Source: Candidatus Liptonbacteria bacterium (lineage in GTDB: Bacteria; Patescibacteriota; Minisyncoccia; UBA6257; 2-01-FULL-56-20). From it: a stretch of 64,000 bases of DNA. Both the position numbers and the translations under genes were made by a program. The notes beneath the pieces are model-generated. The model was not told the DNA's origin and searched no databases. It saw nothing but the letters and a program-made list of their open reading frames with translations. Location: the NCBI GenBank assembly GCA_023244895.1, contig JAHFLL010000001.1, forward strand, positions 83,630 to 147,629, in the 5' to 3' direction. Below, one piece after another: positions 17,025 through 26,950 of the stretch. How positions within the stretch are numbered: position 1 is the stretch's first letter; each line of letters starts with the position of its first letter.

Positions 17025-18302
17025 ATGCTTGACGTAGAGCTTTTGCGCAACGAATCCGAACGGGTTAAAAGCCTGATAAAGACCAAAAACGCCGACCCCA
17101 AAATGGTGGACGAGTTTTTGAGGTTGGACACGGAATGGCGCAACCTAACCAAAGAAGCGGATGATCTGCGCGCCTTACAGAACCAGCTTTCTAAAGAACG
17201 TAAAATTGAAGAAGCTAAGGCTAATAAGGAAAAAATAAAAGCGACCGAAGAGAAGATTGCCGCGCTGGAGAACGAGCGCGCGGTAGTATGGAAAAAAATA
17301 CCCAACCTGCCCAGCGAAGACTCGCCCATTGGAAAGGATGACTCCTCAAACGGAGTGGTAAGGGTAACGGGCCAGCCCAGAGAGTTTGATTTTGAACCCA
17401 AGGACCACCTTACTCTAGGGGAGAGGTTGGGAGTAATAGATATAGACACCGCTGCCAAGGTAACGGGCACGCGTTTCGGATATATTAAGGGTGACTTGGC
17501 TATTTTGGAATTAGCTTTAGTGCAATATGCGACCGAGATACTGCATAATCCCGCCATAGTGCGCTCCATCGCGGAGAGCGCGAAAGCCGGTTATAACTCC
17601 AAGCCATTTCTATCTGTTATCCCACCGGTAATGATTCGGCCGGAAGTGATGGATAGAATGGCGCGCTTGGAGCCAAAGGAGGAACGTTACTATATCCCGA
17701 GCGACGACCTTTATTTGGTTGGTAGCGCCGAGCATACCTTGGGACCAATGCACATGGATCAGGTCATTCCCGAGAGCGAATTTCCCCTGCGCTACCTAGG
17801 ATTTTCTACCGCCTTTCGGCGGGAGGCCGGTAGCTATGGCAAAGATACTCGCGGCATTTTGCGCGTGCATCAATTTGATAAGTTAGAAATGGAGTCATTT
17901 ACTTTGCCGGAAGATGGAATGAATGAGCAGAATTTCTTTATAGCGATTCAGGAGTACTTGATGTGGTCGTTGGAGCTGCCACATCGCATAGTTATCTGCT
18001 CCACCGGCGACCAGGGCGATCCGGACACGCGTCATTTAGACCTAGAGACCTGGTTGCCTAGCGAGAAAAAATATCGCGAGACCCACTCTGCGGATTATAT
18101 GGGCGATTATCAGGCCCGGCGCCTGGGCACGAAGGTTAAGCGTGCGGATGGTCGGACGGAATTCGTGCACATGAACGACGCTACAGTTTTCGCAATTGGG
18201 CGGACGCTTATCGCTATCATGGAGAACTATCAGACCAAGGAGGGCAAAATAATGATTCCTAAAATTTTGCAGCGCTATGTCGGCAAGGAAATCATTGGTT
18301 AA
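17025..18302 (+). CDS. serS: seryl-tRNA synthetase (start MLDVELL at 17025; the 16884 extension is spurious)
   Basis: N-terminal coiled-coil arm and class II motifs (FRREAGSYGKDTRGI). Confidence 0.9.
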   Translation: MLDVELLRNESERVKSLIKTKNADPKMVDEFLRLDTEWRNLTKEADDLRALQNQLSKERKIEEAKANKEKIKATEEKIAALENERAVVWKKIPNLPSEDSPIGKDDSSNGVVRVTGQPREFDFEPKDHLTLGERLGVIDIDTAAKVTGTRFGYIKGDLAILELALVQYATEILHNPAIVRSIAESAKAGYNSKPFLSVIPPVMIRPEVMDRMARLEPKEERYYIPSDDLYLVGSAEHTLGPMHMDQVIPESEFPLRYLGFSTAFRREAGSYGKDTRGILRVHQFDKLEMESFTLPEDGMNEQNFFIAIQEYLMWSLELPHRIVICSTGDQGDPDTRHLDLETWLPSEKKYRETHSADYMGDYQARRLGTKVKRADGRTEFVHMNDATVFAIGRTLIAIMENYQTKEGKIMIPKILQRYVGKEIIG

Positions 18303-19446
18303 GAATTTTTTGGAGAGAGATGCTCTGCTTGGCAGGAGGACTTGGATAGAAATAAGCAGATCTGCGGCAAAAAATAATTATCGTTCCTTCCGTAAACTGG
18401 TTGGTCCCAAGGTGGAGCTTTGGCCGGTCGTGAAGTCTAATGCCTATGGGCATGGTCTTTTTGTTTTTTCTAAACTAATGCAGGAATTCGGCGCGGATGG
18501 TCTCTGCGTGGATTCCGTACTAGAGGCGTTCGCGTTGCGGCGGGAGGGCATAAAAATACCAATTTTGGTTCTGGGTCCGACCTTGCCGGTCCTTTTTAAG
18601 AAAGCATCCCAGAAAAGTATTACGATAACGATTTCTAATTTTAATAACTTATCAGAGCTAGCCAAGACCAAAAATGCGCCATATTTTCACATCAAGATAG
18701 ACACGGGCATGCATCGCCAAGGTTTTTTCTCGGCGCAAATTCCTAGGGTTATAAGGACAATCAGTTCCAGCCCCACTTTAAAGAGAAAGCTACGGGGGAT
18801 TTATACCCATTTTGCTATGGCTACTGATAAGAACAACGTGGCATACACGCAAAAACAATTCAGCGACTTTGAGCTGGCCCGAAGCAAGTTCAGAAAAGCC
18901 GGCTTTAATAATTTAAGCGCGCATTGTTCCGCCTCGGGAGGTGCCTTGCTTCACGCAAGGTATCATTTGGATATGGCACGGGTCGGTAAGGGCCTATATG
19001 GATTTTTCCCCTCTAAGGAGCTGGAGAGACAATCCGCGCGAGTAAAACTTCAGCCAATCTTGGCATGGCGGACCGTCATAACGGAGATTAAAAACCTTAA
19101 ACCCGGAGATATGGTCGGTTATGACCTAACCGAAAAAATAAAAAGACGCACCCAGGCCGCCATTTTACCGGTCGGATACTGGCACGGTTTTCCAAGAGCT
19201 CTGTCTGGCGTAGGCGAAGTTCTGATAAGGGGTAAGCGCGCGCGGGTCTTAGGCAGAGTTTCTATGGATCTGTTGGTGGTGGATGTTACCGGAATAAAAT
19301 GCGCGATCGGAGACTTTGCGACTCTGATAGGCAAGAGCGGCAAGGAAGAGATCGGCGCGAAAGAGGTTGCTCAGAAAGCGGGCACCATAAGCTACGAAAT
19401 CTTAACGCGCCTTAATCCTTTAATAGAAAGGGTTATAATTAGATAA
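18277..19446 (+). CDS. alr: alanine racemase
   Basis: PLP-site VVKSNAYGHG; overlaps the serS 3' end by 26 nt; start codon uncertain. Confidence 0.85.
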   Translation: MSARKSLVKNFLERDALLGRRTWIEISRSAAKNNYRSFRKLVGPKVELWPVVKSNAYGHGLFVFSKLMQEFGADGLCVDSVLEAFALRREGIKIPILVLGPTLPVLFKKASQKSITITISNFNNLSELAKTKNAPYFHIKIDTGMHRQGFFSAQIPRVIRTISSSPTLKRKLRGIYTHFAMATDKNNVAYTQKQFSDFELARSKFRKAGFNNLSAHCSASGGALLHARYHLDMARVGKGLYGFFPSKELERQSARVKLQPILAWRTVITEIKNLKPGDMVGYDLTEKIKRRTQAAILPVGYWHGFPRALSGVGEVLIRGKRARVLGRVSMDLLVVDVTGIKCAIGDFATLIGKSGKEEIGAKEVAQKAGTISYEILTRLNPLIERVIIR

Positions 19447-19455
19447 AATATATTT

Positions 19456-20316
19456 ATGAATTGGAGTATCAGAAAAACTCGCTCTCGGGGAGGGGGAGAA
19501 TCCTTGTCGGAGCGCAAGAATCAATCTTTGTCTGACCTGCAGAAAAAGAAATCTCGGCGCAAAAAAATTTTCTGGGCGGTGCTTTGGTTTCTATTTATCT
19601 TCACGGGGGCATGTCTGCTCGTGCACGGACTCATTTGGTCGTCTTGGTTTCAGATTAAGGAAGTAAACTACTTTGGGGTGGATCGCTCAAACGAGGAAGA
19701 AATTATGAATTACTTGGTCTCCGACATAGCCGGAGGGAGTTGGTTGCAAAGGGTATTAAGTTTTAAACATATCTTGGCCTGGCCCGCTCATGAGTCTTGG
19801 CAGAGACCCGTTTTTTTGCCAATCATTTCTAAAATAGAACTGGAACGCAACTTCTGGGATAGATCTTTAAACGTGACAGTTTCGGAATGGCAACCGCTTG
19901 GGATCTGGTGCTCCACGGGAGGGGACAAAGAAAAGTGCGGCTGGTTTAATAGCGACGGCTTGGTGATACAGAAGGCTCCGCTCGCGGAAGGCAGTTTAAT
20001 TCCGGTAGTGCGAGATGTCTCCGGGAAGGAGCTCAAGCTGGGTAAAAAAATCTTAGAGTCGGAAGAAAAAACAGCAAACCTACTTTCCGTTTTTAAGGTT
20101 CTGTTTGCGGAGCATATTCCAATCACGGAAGTACGTCTGGAGCGTAGCGCTACGGACGAGATAAAAGTTTTTCAGACGAACGGTCCGGAAATGTATTTTA
20201 GCTTGCGTTTTCCGGCCAACTTAACGCAGGGTCCAATTCACGCTTTGCGCGCGGAAGGCTGGGAAAATTTAACTTATTTGGATTTCAGGATAGAGAACAG
20301 AGTCTACTACAAATAG
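19456..20316 (+). CDS. FtsQ/DivIB-like cell division protein (POTRA-like)
   Basis: basic cytoplasmic N-terminus, one TM helix, then IKEVNYFGVDRSNEEEI POTRA-like start; located downstream of alr. Confidence 0.55.
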   Translation: MNWSIRKTRSRGGGESLSERKNQSLSDLQKKKSRRKKIFWAVLWFLFIFTGACLLVHGLIWSSWFQIKEVNYFGVDRSNEEEIMNYLVSDIAGGSWLQRVLSFKHILAWPAHESWQRPVFLPIISKIELERNFWDRSLNVTVSEWQPLGIWCSTGGDKEKCGWFNSDGLVIQKAPLAEGSLIPVVRDVSGKELKLGKKILESEEKTANLLSVFKVLFAEHIPITEVRLERSATDEIKVFQTNGPEMYFSLRFPANLTQGPIHALRAEGWENLTYLDFRIENRVYYK

Positions 20317-20355
20317 AAGTTAGTAGTTAGAAGTTAGAATCTAGAAAATAAGAGT
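20314..20355 (+). repeat. heptad stop-codon array TAGAAGT TAGTAGT TAGAAGT TAGAATC TAGAAAA TAAGAGT
   Basis: six consecutive 7-nt units each beginning with TAG/TAA, starting at the ftsQ-like stop codon. Confidence 0.8.
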
Positions 20356-20448
20356 CGCCGGCGAAGTGATAGAGAATGAAGTCGGTGGAGCGAAAACCAC
20401 GCCCCGCCTATTCTAATAACTTCTACTTTCTAAATTCCAGCTTCTGCT

Positions 20449-22434
20449 CTAGGGTAGGTGGTAAATAAACAAAGAAGTTCCCGCGCGTAGATCCCATTTG
20501 GGAATTGCGCCCATTCCAGAATCGGTGAGGGGGCGCTCGCTGGTTAGCCAGCGGTACTCATCTTCCGGTTTGCGCTCAAAATTATTTATGGTTGGCTGGA
20601 TAGAGCCTTGGATAGAGTTTGCCGCGAGCACCAGCCAATGTATGCCCTCCGCGCGCGGGTCACCCTTACTACTCCACCAACTTACCGCCTTATCTCCGAA
20701 GTAATATGGGATGTGGGATCCACCGAAATAATCAATCGCGAATTTATCAATTTGCTCGCCATGCTTTATGCCGGAACCGATAAATTGCTTACAGGAGCTA
20801 GGGCAACCCACACCCAAATTTGCATCACATTTAGTTTGCGCGCAGTGATTATATTCCACAATGACGTTCTTTAGCCGCAATAAATCTTGTCCCCAATCGT
20901 AGTTGGAATCGGTTACGTAGCGATAGCCGTTACTCGTCCCTCCCGCGACTGGGTTAAAATAGGAAAGGTAGCTGGGATAGGCGTAGGCAGTTTCAAGGCC
21001 GAACCAGACTATTAATATGGCAAGCACGTAGCGGGAGGTTTTGGCCGCGGGATGCGTTAGATGATGGCGTTGCCAACTGCTTGCAATCAGTAGGTATATG
21101 AAGGGTAGGGTTGGGAAAAGATGGCGGAAGCCTATATTGAGCGGGCTTCTTATGCTGTATAGCCAATATAGGACCACGAATAACAGAAGCGCGTTCTCCG
21201 TAAAGTTATTATCAATCCAAGCGAATATCTTGCGCCAGAAACCGGTATTTTGAGGCACTTCCTTACGAATATTTTTCATTCGCCAAATACCGAAAACCAC
21301 AGCGCCCAAAATCAGAAGTAAGACAGGCAAGGACTCTTTCATGAGATATACCAGCGGGAAGTAAGCATGCGAGCCAGAAGCGGAAACATGCCCCATAAAA
21401 TAATTATTATTCCCACCAGCGGAACGTTGCATGACCATTAACACTCCCAAAGAGTATTCCGCTAGCGGTCGGGTAATGCGATTACCGGACATCCAGATGG
21501 TCATATCCGCCAAGCAGCGCGTGGGTTGGCAAATTTTACCCGGGGGAGTAGGACCGTTCGCGAAGGAGCGCAAGGTGGAGGTCGTGTCCGTCACCTGTTC
21601 CTCAATTGGATAATTATAGGTAAATAGTCCATAGACAGGGTAGACCAGAAGAACAAATCCCGTGACGAACAAGATGACCGTCCGACCAAAATAAGAATAG
21701 GAAATGGAGAAAAATCTTTTCCAGGAGAATCCTTCCCCCTGCGCGATAGACAGATTTAGCACCTTCAAGATTATAAGTATGACGAAGTAGGGTAGGAGCA
21801 GTACCGCGGAGAACTTAGAGAGTTGCGCTAGGCCAAAGGCCAGTCCCGCGAAGAACACATTCTTGCCGGATGGATTGGCGAGAAAGTGCAAAAAAAAGTA
21901 GGTCGCGACCGCTATCCCAAGCGCCGCGGCGATGTCGGTTGTGACATAGTGCCCATGGCTCAGAAAATTCGGTGATAGGCCTATCAGAAATGTCGGCAGA
22001 AGGGCCCATTTACCGCCTACCATTTCTTTGCTCCAACGATAGATAAACCAGATGAGTAGTAGTGTCAGAAATATCGGACCCAAGCGTGCCAGAAAAATCA
22101 GGAGCGGGGAATTGTTGCCGGATTCAAAAATAAACATTCTGCCTAGATCCCACTGAGCATTTATCTCACTCGTCCACTTGGAGCTCTCGGTGGGAAACCG
22201 TGCGTCCATGAATAAGAGAGGTATTCCCGAAAGCGCTTTTAAGAGGGGCGGATGCTCCGGGTTCAGACGATAGTCCAAGTAGCGCACGTAACTATAGCCG
22301 GAAGGAATATGGGCCAGCTCGTCCATAGTAAGAGAGTCGGCACGGGCCAAGACGAGCATCACGCTCGCGGAGATTAATAAAATAGCTAAGAGCCCCCAGG
22401 CACTCCACTTTTCCAATATTTTATTCATATACAC
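20449..22434 (-). CDS. GT-C family glycosyltransferase (PMT_2 / ArnT-like), polytopic membrane protein
   Basis: DELAHIPSGYSY...NPEHPPLLK matches the PMT/ArnT family signature; about 12 TM segments; Cys-rich C-terminal periplasmic domain. Confidence 0.7.
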   Translation of the reverse strand: MYMNKILEKWSAWGLLAILLISASVMLVLARADSLTMDELAHIPSGYSYVRYLDYRLNPEHPPLLKALSGIPLLFMDARFPTESSKWTSEINAQWDLGRMFIFESGNNSPLLIFLARLGPIFLTLLLIWFIYRWSKEMVGGKWALLPTFLIGLSPNFLSHGHYVTTDIAAALGIAVATYFFLHFLANPSGKNVFFAGLAFGLAQLSKFSAVLLLPYFVILIILKVLNLSIAQGEGFSWKRFFSISYSYFGRTVILFVTGFVLLVYPVYGLFTYNYPIEEQVTDTTSTLRSFANGPTPPGKICQPTRCLADMTIWMSGNRITRPLAEYSLGVLMVMQRSAGGNNNYFMGHVSASGSHAYFPLVYLMKESLPVLLLILGAVVFGIWRMKNIRKEVPQNTGFWRKIFAWIDNNFTENALLLFVVLYWLYSIRSPLNIGFRHLFPTLPFIYLLIASSWQRHHLTHPAAKTSRYVLAILIVWFGLETAYAYPSYLSYFNPVAGGTSNGYRYVTDSNYDWGQDLLRLKNVIVEYNHCAQTKCDANLGVGCPSSCKQFIGSGIKHGEQIDKFAIDYFGGSHIPYYFGDKAVSWWSSKGDPRAEGIHWLVLAANSIQGSIQPTINNFERKPEDEYRWLTSERPLTDSGMGAIPKWDLRAGTSLFIYHLP

Positions 22435-22534
22435 ATTATACTACTTTGATATTTTTGATTCCCTTTAGATTTCGCCTCTAAAAAGAAGTCCTCCGAAGCG
22501 CGTTTTATTTTGAGATAGGTATTTTTGCTCGCTT

Positions 22535-24553
22535 TTGATTGCGAAGGAGGGTAAAATTGGTAGCGTAATGCCTAAAGTTCCACGCAAAAACATATCAAGG
22601 AGGATTTCCGATATTAGGATTGAAGGGGAAAATATTCCGGAACCGAGAATCCCCACCGTCCTTAAGAAGGAAAAACCAAGCGAGCCGGAAATTGTTGACA
22701 CCCAGCCTCCTAAATCAGAGGCTACGGAAAAGCACCTCTTGCCCGCGCCCCGCTTCAATCCCGTTTGGGCCTGGTTGGGAGCGGTTGTGATATTGTTGTC
22801 CGGTCTGTACGTTCTGTGGCCTAAAGAAAAAATTGTTCCCGCTACTATTCCGGAGGGCGACCCCTCCTATCTCGGCAATGAATCCAGCGATTGGCAGAAG
22901 TTCGCGTCTCTGACCAGCCAGCTGGGCGGCGCCTTTGGAAGCCTAACCGGCATGGCGGGCGGTACGATGGGTATATTAGAAGAGGTATCCTTGCTTCAGA
23001 AACAGGGCATATCCATGTTTCTATCCGGCAGAGGAGAGGAGCTGTTGTCTCGTTTGGATAAAATACGCGGTTATCTGGGCGGTATTTATGAAAAAGGCGA
23101 GTTTTGGGAAAAGGCGTCTAATCCTGTAGAGGGAGAAAATTTATCGGTTCGGCCCGGAGATATTCTCTCTTTGCATGTTGCCATAGGGCACGCGTATGAT
23201 TTTTTGAATAAATTAGTTCCCTGGTTGCGTGAGCCCAGCGAAAAGAGAGTCATAATTTTTTTGGAAAATCCGTCCGAACTGCGTCCGGGCGGGGGTTTCC
23301 TGGGCAGTTACGCGGAAATGACGGTGGTAAATGGCGCTCTTAAAAATCTTTCCGTGCACGACATAAATGAGCCGGATCGTAAGCTGGAACAAAAGACGGT
23401 TCCGCCCAAGCCCCTACAAATCATTATGACCAATTGGCGTGCCGCAGACACGAACTGGTTTTTTGACTTTTCAGATTCCGCGCGAAAAACACTTCAATTT
23501 TTAAGTTCGTCCGAAATGTATCGGGGTGTAAATTTAGATGGGGCAGTAGGCATTTCCGCCAAGGTAATAGAAGACTTATTAGAACTTACCGAACCGATAG
23601 GGCTGGCATCTAGCAGTATTGAGATAAGGCCGGATAATTTCCTTTATAAAATTCAGGGCGAGGTCCAAAAGGGCCAATCCGAGAGAGCGGAAGAGCCCAA
23701 AAAGATATTAGAAGATCTGACCCCGATCTTGCTCCAGAGGATATCCGACCTACCGGAAGAAGAAAAATCCCGATTAACCGGATTGGTCTTACGATGGATA
23801 GAAGATGGAGACATGCGCTTGTATTTCGCGAATCAGGACTTTGAGAGATTTGTAGAGGGGTTGGGCGCGGGTGGTCGGATGTATGAGGCGCCTCGGAATT
23901 GGAACGGGATTTATCTGGCTTTTGCTTCTGCTAACATAGGAGGGGGGAAGACGGATATTTTTATGGATCAGGAGGTCAAGATAGAAACCCAGATTAGTTC
24001 CGAAGGCTGGCTGAATGATCACATAGTCGTGACTCGCAAGCATACCGCGCAGGCGAGCGACCCTTGGTGGTACCGGGAGCCAAACCGCAGCTACTTCCAA
24101 ATATTTACTAATCCCACTACTAACTTGAGCTACGCGGACGGTGGGGCAGAACGAAAAATTACGCCCCGTATAAACTACCTGAAAGAGAAATACCAAACAG
24201 ACCCGGACGTGGACGCGCTCGACAAAACAGAAAAACAGTTGGACGACTATCCTTCCGTAAAAACATACTCTTATCGGGATAAAAAAATATTTTCCACCTG
24301 GCTTAGCGCGGAAGCAGGTAAGTCGGTTCAATTCACGGCGGATTTAAACCGGCGTGCGATAGCTTTACCGGAGGCGGGTATGGTCTATGAGTTTGTGCTG
24401 GAGAAACAATCCGGCAGTGAGGGCAGTTATTATTGGCAAATCTTAGCCCCGGTCGGATTCAAGTTCCGGGAAAATAACTTACCCATCTATGAATACAAAA
24501 CGGCGGATATGCCCGCGCGCTGGACAATTCGCCTGACTTTAGAGAAAATCTAA
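22535..24553 (+). CDS. membrane-anchored DUF4012-like surface protein
   Basis: single TM helix then ENPSELRPGGGFLGSYAEM (DUF4012-type motif); divergent from the GT-C gene. Confidence 0.5.
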   Translation: MIAKEGKIGSVMPKVPRKNISRRISDIRIEGENIPEPRIPTVLKKEKPSEPEIVDTQPPKSEATEKHLLPAPRFNPVWAWLGAVVILLSGLYVLWPKEKIVPATIPEGDPSYLGNESSDWQKFASLTSQLGGAFGSLTGMAGGTMGILEEVSLLQKQGISMFLSGRGEELLSRLDKIRGYLGGIYEKGEFWEKASNPVEGENLSVRPGDILSLHVAIGHAYDFLNKLVPWLREPSEKRVIIFLENPSELRPGGGFLGSYAEMTVVNGALKNLSVHDINEPDRKLEQKTVPPKPLQIIMTNWRAADTNWFFDFSDSARKTLQFLSSSEMYRGVNLDGAVGISAKVIEDLLELTEPIGLASSSIEIRPDNFLYKIQGEVQKGQSERAEEPKKILEDLTPILLQRISDLPEEEKSRLTGLVLRWIEDGDMRLYFANQDFERFVEGLGAGGRMYEAPRNWNGIYLAFASANIGGGKTDIFMDQEVKIETQISSEGWLNDHIVVTRKHTAQASDPWWYREPNRSYFQIFTNPTTNLSYADGGAERKITPRINYLKEKYQTDPDVDALDKTEKQLDDYPSVKTYSYRDKKIFSTWLSAEAGKSVQFTADLNRRAIALPEAGMVYEFVLEKQSGSEGSYYWQILAPVGFKFRENNLPIYEYKTADMPARWTIRLTLEKI

Positions 24554-24591
24554 ACCCAAGCCAGCCTTAGCCGGGGTTAGTATAAATAGAT

Positions 24592-26388
24592 ATGAGCCAA
24601 AACAATATTCGCAACTTTGTAATTATTGCCCACGTAGATCATGGGAAGTCTACGCTGGCGGACCGGATGCTGGAAATCACCGGCACGGTGGAGGCGCGCA
24701 AAATGCGACCCCAATATTTGGACCAGCTGGAACTGGAGCGAGAGCGCGGTATTACCATTAAAATGGCTCCGGTTCGCATGAAGCATATTCTAGATGGCGA
24801 ACCATACACCTTGAATCTGATTGATACTCCTGGACACTCCGATTTTCAATACGAAGTTTCCCGCGCGCTTGCGGCAGTGGAAGGCGCAGTTTTATTGGTG
24901 GACGTGACTAAGGGCATCCAGGCGCAGACTCTTTCTAATTTGCGCCAGGCCCGAAAAAATAATTTGAAGATTATCGGAGCGGTTAACAAGGTTGATTTAC
25001 AGCCGGAGCGCGCGCCAAGGGTCTGCGCGGAACTGGCGGAGCTTCTAGATATTCCCAAAGAGGAGATACATATGATTTCCGGCAAGACCGGGGTGGGCGT
25101 GGAAGGTCTTTTGCGGGACGTGGTGCTGAGGGTTCCCGCGCCTCAATCTCCGCAGCCGGGAACTCCTGGGCGTAGCTTAACCTTTGATTCCTTCTATGAC
25201 GACCACAAGGGAATCTTGGCTTATGTGCGTATTATGGACGGCGAGATTAGGGCTGGCACGGAAGTGGAACTTATGGCGGGTGAGGCAAGGTGCAAAATAA
25301 AAGAAGTGGGTTGCTTCGCGCCGGAACTCAAAACCGTGCCGTCTCTTAGAGCGGGGGAGATCGGTTATCTGGCAACCGGGCTTAAAGAGCCATCTCTGGT
25401 TAAAATCGGAGACACGATTCTGGCTGACCCCGCCAAGCTTTCCAATAAAGAGAGTTTGCGTCTGCCGGGTTATCGGGAAGCCTCGCCGGTGGTGTTTATT
25501 TCTTTCTACCCGGACGGCGCGACGGAATTTGATGATTTGAAGCGCGGATTTGAGCGCCTGCATTTAACCGATTCCGCCTTGAACTTTGAGCCGGATGCGA
25601 ACGAGGCTCTGGGCCGGGGGCTTAAAGCTGGTTTTTTGGGCCAGCTTCATTTTGAAATTACGGCCAGTCGTCTGGAACGGGAATTCGGGTTGAAGTTTCT
25701 AACCAGTTTCCCGTCTATCGCTTATCGTGTGAAAGAAAAAGGGGAGTGGCGGGTGGTAAAAGACGCGCACCAGTTTCCGGATAACCCCGAAGAAGTTATG
25801 CAGCCAATGATTAAGGTGGAGATCGTGTCTCCCGCCATATATCTAAACGTAGTGGTCAGTTTACAGCAGGCTTACCAATTGGAGGTCGCGGAGATACATA
25901 CCGTGGGAGAAAGCGTTTTAATACACGGGCGAATGCCGCTTGCGGAACTGATTCGTGATTTTGATGACAAATTAAAATCTGTTTCCGCTGGCTACGCCTC
26001 TTTCAGTTACGAATTGGATACGGATGAACGGGCGGATGTGGAAAAGTTGGAAATATTAATCGCGGGCGAAGTCGCTTCCGCTTTAACGCGGGTGGTTTTT
26101 CGCAAAGACCTGGAGCGAGAGGGTCGTGCCACGGTTGAAAAGCTAAAGGACCTTTTGCCCCGCCAGCAATTCTCCCAGCCATTGCAGGCCAGTTCCGGAG
26201 GCAGAATTATAGCGCGCGAGACAATCCCGGCATTAAAGAAAAAGCTGGGAGATTTTGGTAAAAATGGCGGGGACCGCACTCGCAAGATGAAGCTTTGGAA
26301 AAAGCAGGAACGGGGCAAGGAACGCCTGCAAGAATCCGCCCACGTGGAGCTTTCCGTGGAGGTGTTTAGGGAGATATTAAAAAAATAG
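24592..26388 (+). CDS. lepA: elongation factor 4 (LepA)
   Basis: IIAHVDHGKSTLADR G-domain and LepA C-terminal domain. Confidence 0.92.
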   Translation: MSQNNIRNFVIIAHVDHGKSTLADRMLEITGTVEARKMRPQYLDQLELERERGITIKMAPVRMKHILDGEPYTLNLIDTPGHSDFQYEVSRALAAVEGAVLLVDVTKGIQAQTLSNLRQARKNNLKIIGAVNKVDLQPERAPRVCAELAELLDIPKEEIHMISGKTGVGVEGLLRDVVLRVPAPQSPQPGTPGRSLTFDSFYDDHKGILAYVRIMDGEIRAGTEVELMAGEARCKIKEVGCFAPELKTVPSLRAGEIGYLATGLKEPSLVKIGDTILADPAKLSNKESLRLPGYREASPVVFISFYPDGATEFDDLKRGFERLHLTDSALNFEPDANEALGRGLKAGFLGQLHFEITASRLEREFGLKFLTSFPSIAYRVKEKGEWRVVKDAHQFPDNPEEVMQPMIKVEIVSPAIYLNVVVSLQQAYQLEVAEIHTVGESVLIHGRMPLAELIRDFDDKLKSVSAGYASFSYELDTDERADVEKLEILIAGEVASALTRVVFRKDLEREGRATVEKLKDLLPRQQFSQPLQASSGGRIIARETIPALKKKLGDFGKNGGDRTRKMKLWKKQERGKERLQESAHVELSVEVFREILKK

Positions 26389-26420
26389 TAAGTAGATGGT
26401 GGCGAGTAAGTGATAGGGGA
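26386..26420 (+). repeat. heptad-phased stop array (TAG TAA..TAG.......TAA....TAG) after lepA
   Basis: stops at 26386, 26393, 26407 and 26414 in 7-nt phase. Confidence 0.5.
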
Positions 26421-26549
26421 AGACAGAAAGGGGCTCTGTGCTAACCCTACTCTGGGCTTGTGTTTTCAATAATTCATTGTATTATTCGGCCAGACTAAAA
26501 GCCTCGCTAGGGGCTTATGGCGTGAGCCATTTCATTGGGGGAGGTCGCC

Positions 26550-26831
26550 GTGGACGCTTTGAGTTATGTCTTGGTCGTCGTACTCGCTGGAGTGGTCATC
26601 TGGCTTGCGAATCGTCTGAGGGTACTGAAGAAGGAAAACGCGCAACTGAGCGCGAGTCTCGCGACGGCGCAGGCTGCTCTGCCGCCCGAAGGAACGGAGC
26701 AGTCTCTGCAGGGCATCACGTTTGACCTGCTGTGGGTTTGCCGAACATGCGGCTGGTTCGGTAGAAACAACGTGCTTTACAAGCACGTTCGGCGCGCGCA
26801 CGGAGTAGCAGGTCCACCCGAAGCTGCGTGA
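26550..26831 (+). CDS. 93-aa high-GC protein: TM anchor, coiled coil, C2H2-like zinc-finger tail (CRTCGWFGRNNVLYKHVRRAH)
   Basis: GGGGGAGG SD 5 nt upstream of a GTG start; the track ORF begins at an upstream TTG. Confidence 0.4.
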   Translation: MDALSYVLVVVLAGVVIWLANRLRVLKKENAQLSASLATAQAALPPEGTEQSLQGITFDLLWVCRTCGWFGRNNVLYKHVRRAHGVAGPPEAA

Positions 26832-26839
26832 GTACAAGT

Positions 26840-26885
26840 AGGCCCCCATGGCGAATCGCCCATCGGGGGCCTTTCGCTTTATGTT
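26840..26885 (+). terminator. intrinsic terminator AGGCCCCC(17-nt loop)GGGGGCCT then TTCGCTTTATGTT
   Basis: perfect 8-bp GC stem followed by a T-rich tail. Confidence 0.55.
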
Positions 26886-26950
26886 CTATGTTGCGTATTC
26901 TATACTCCATGTTGCGTATTTCCTGTTCCATATTTCTATTGTATTATTAG

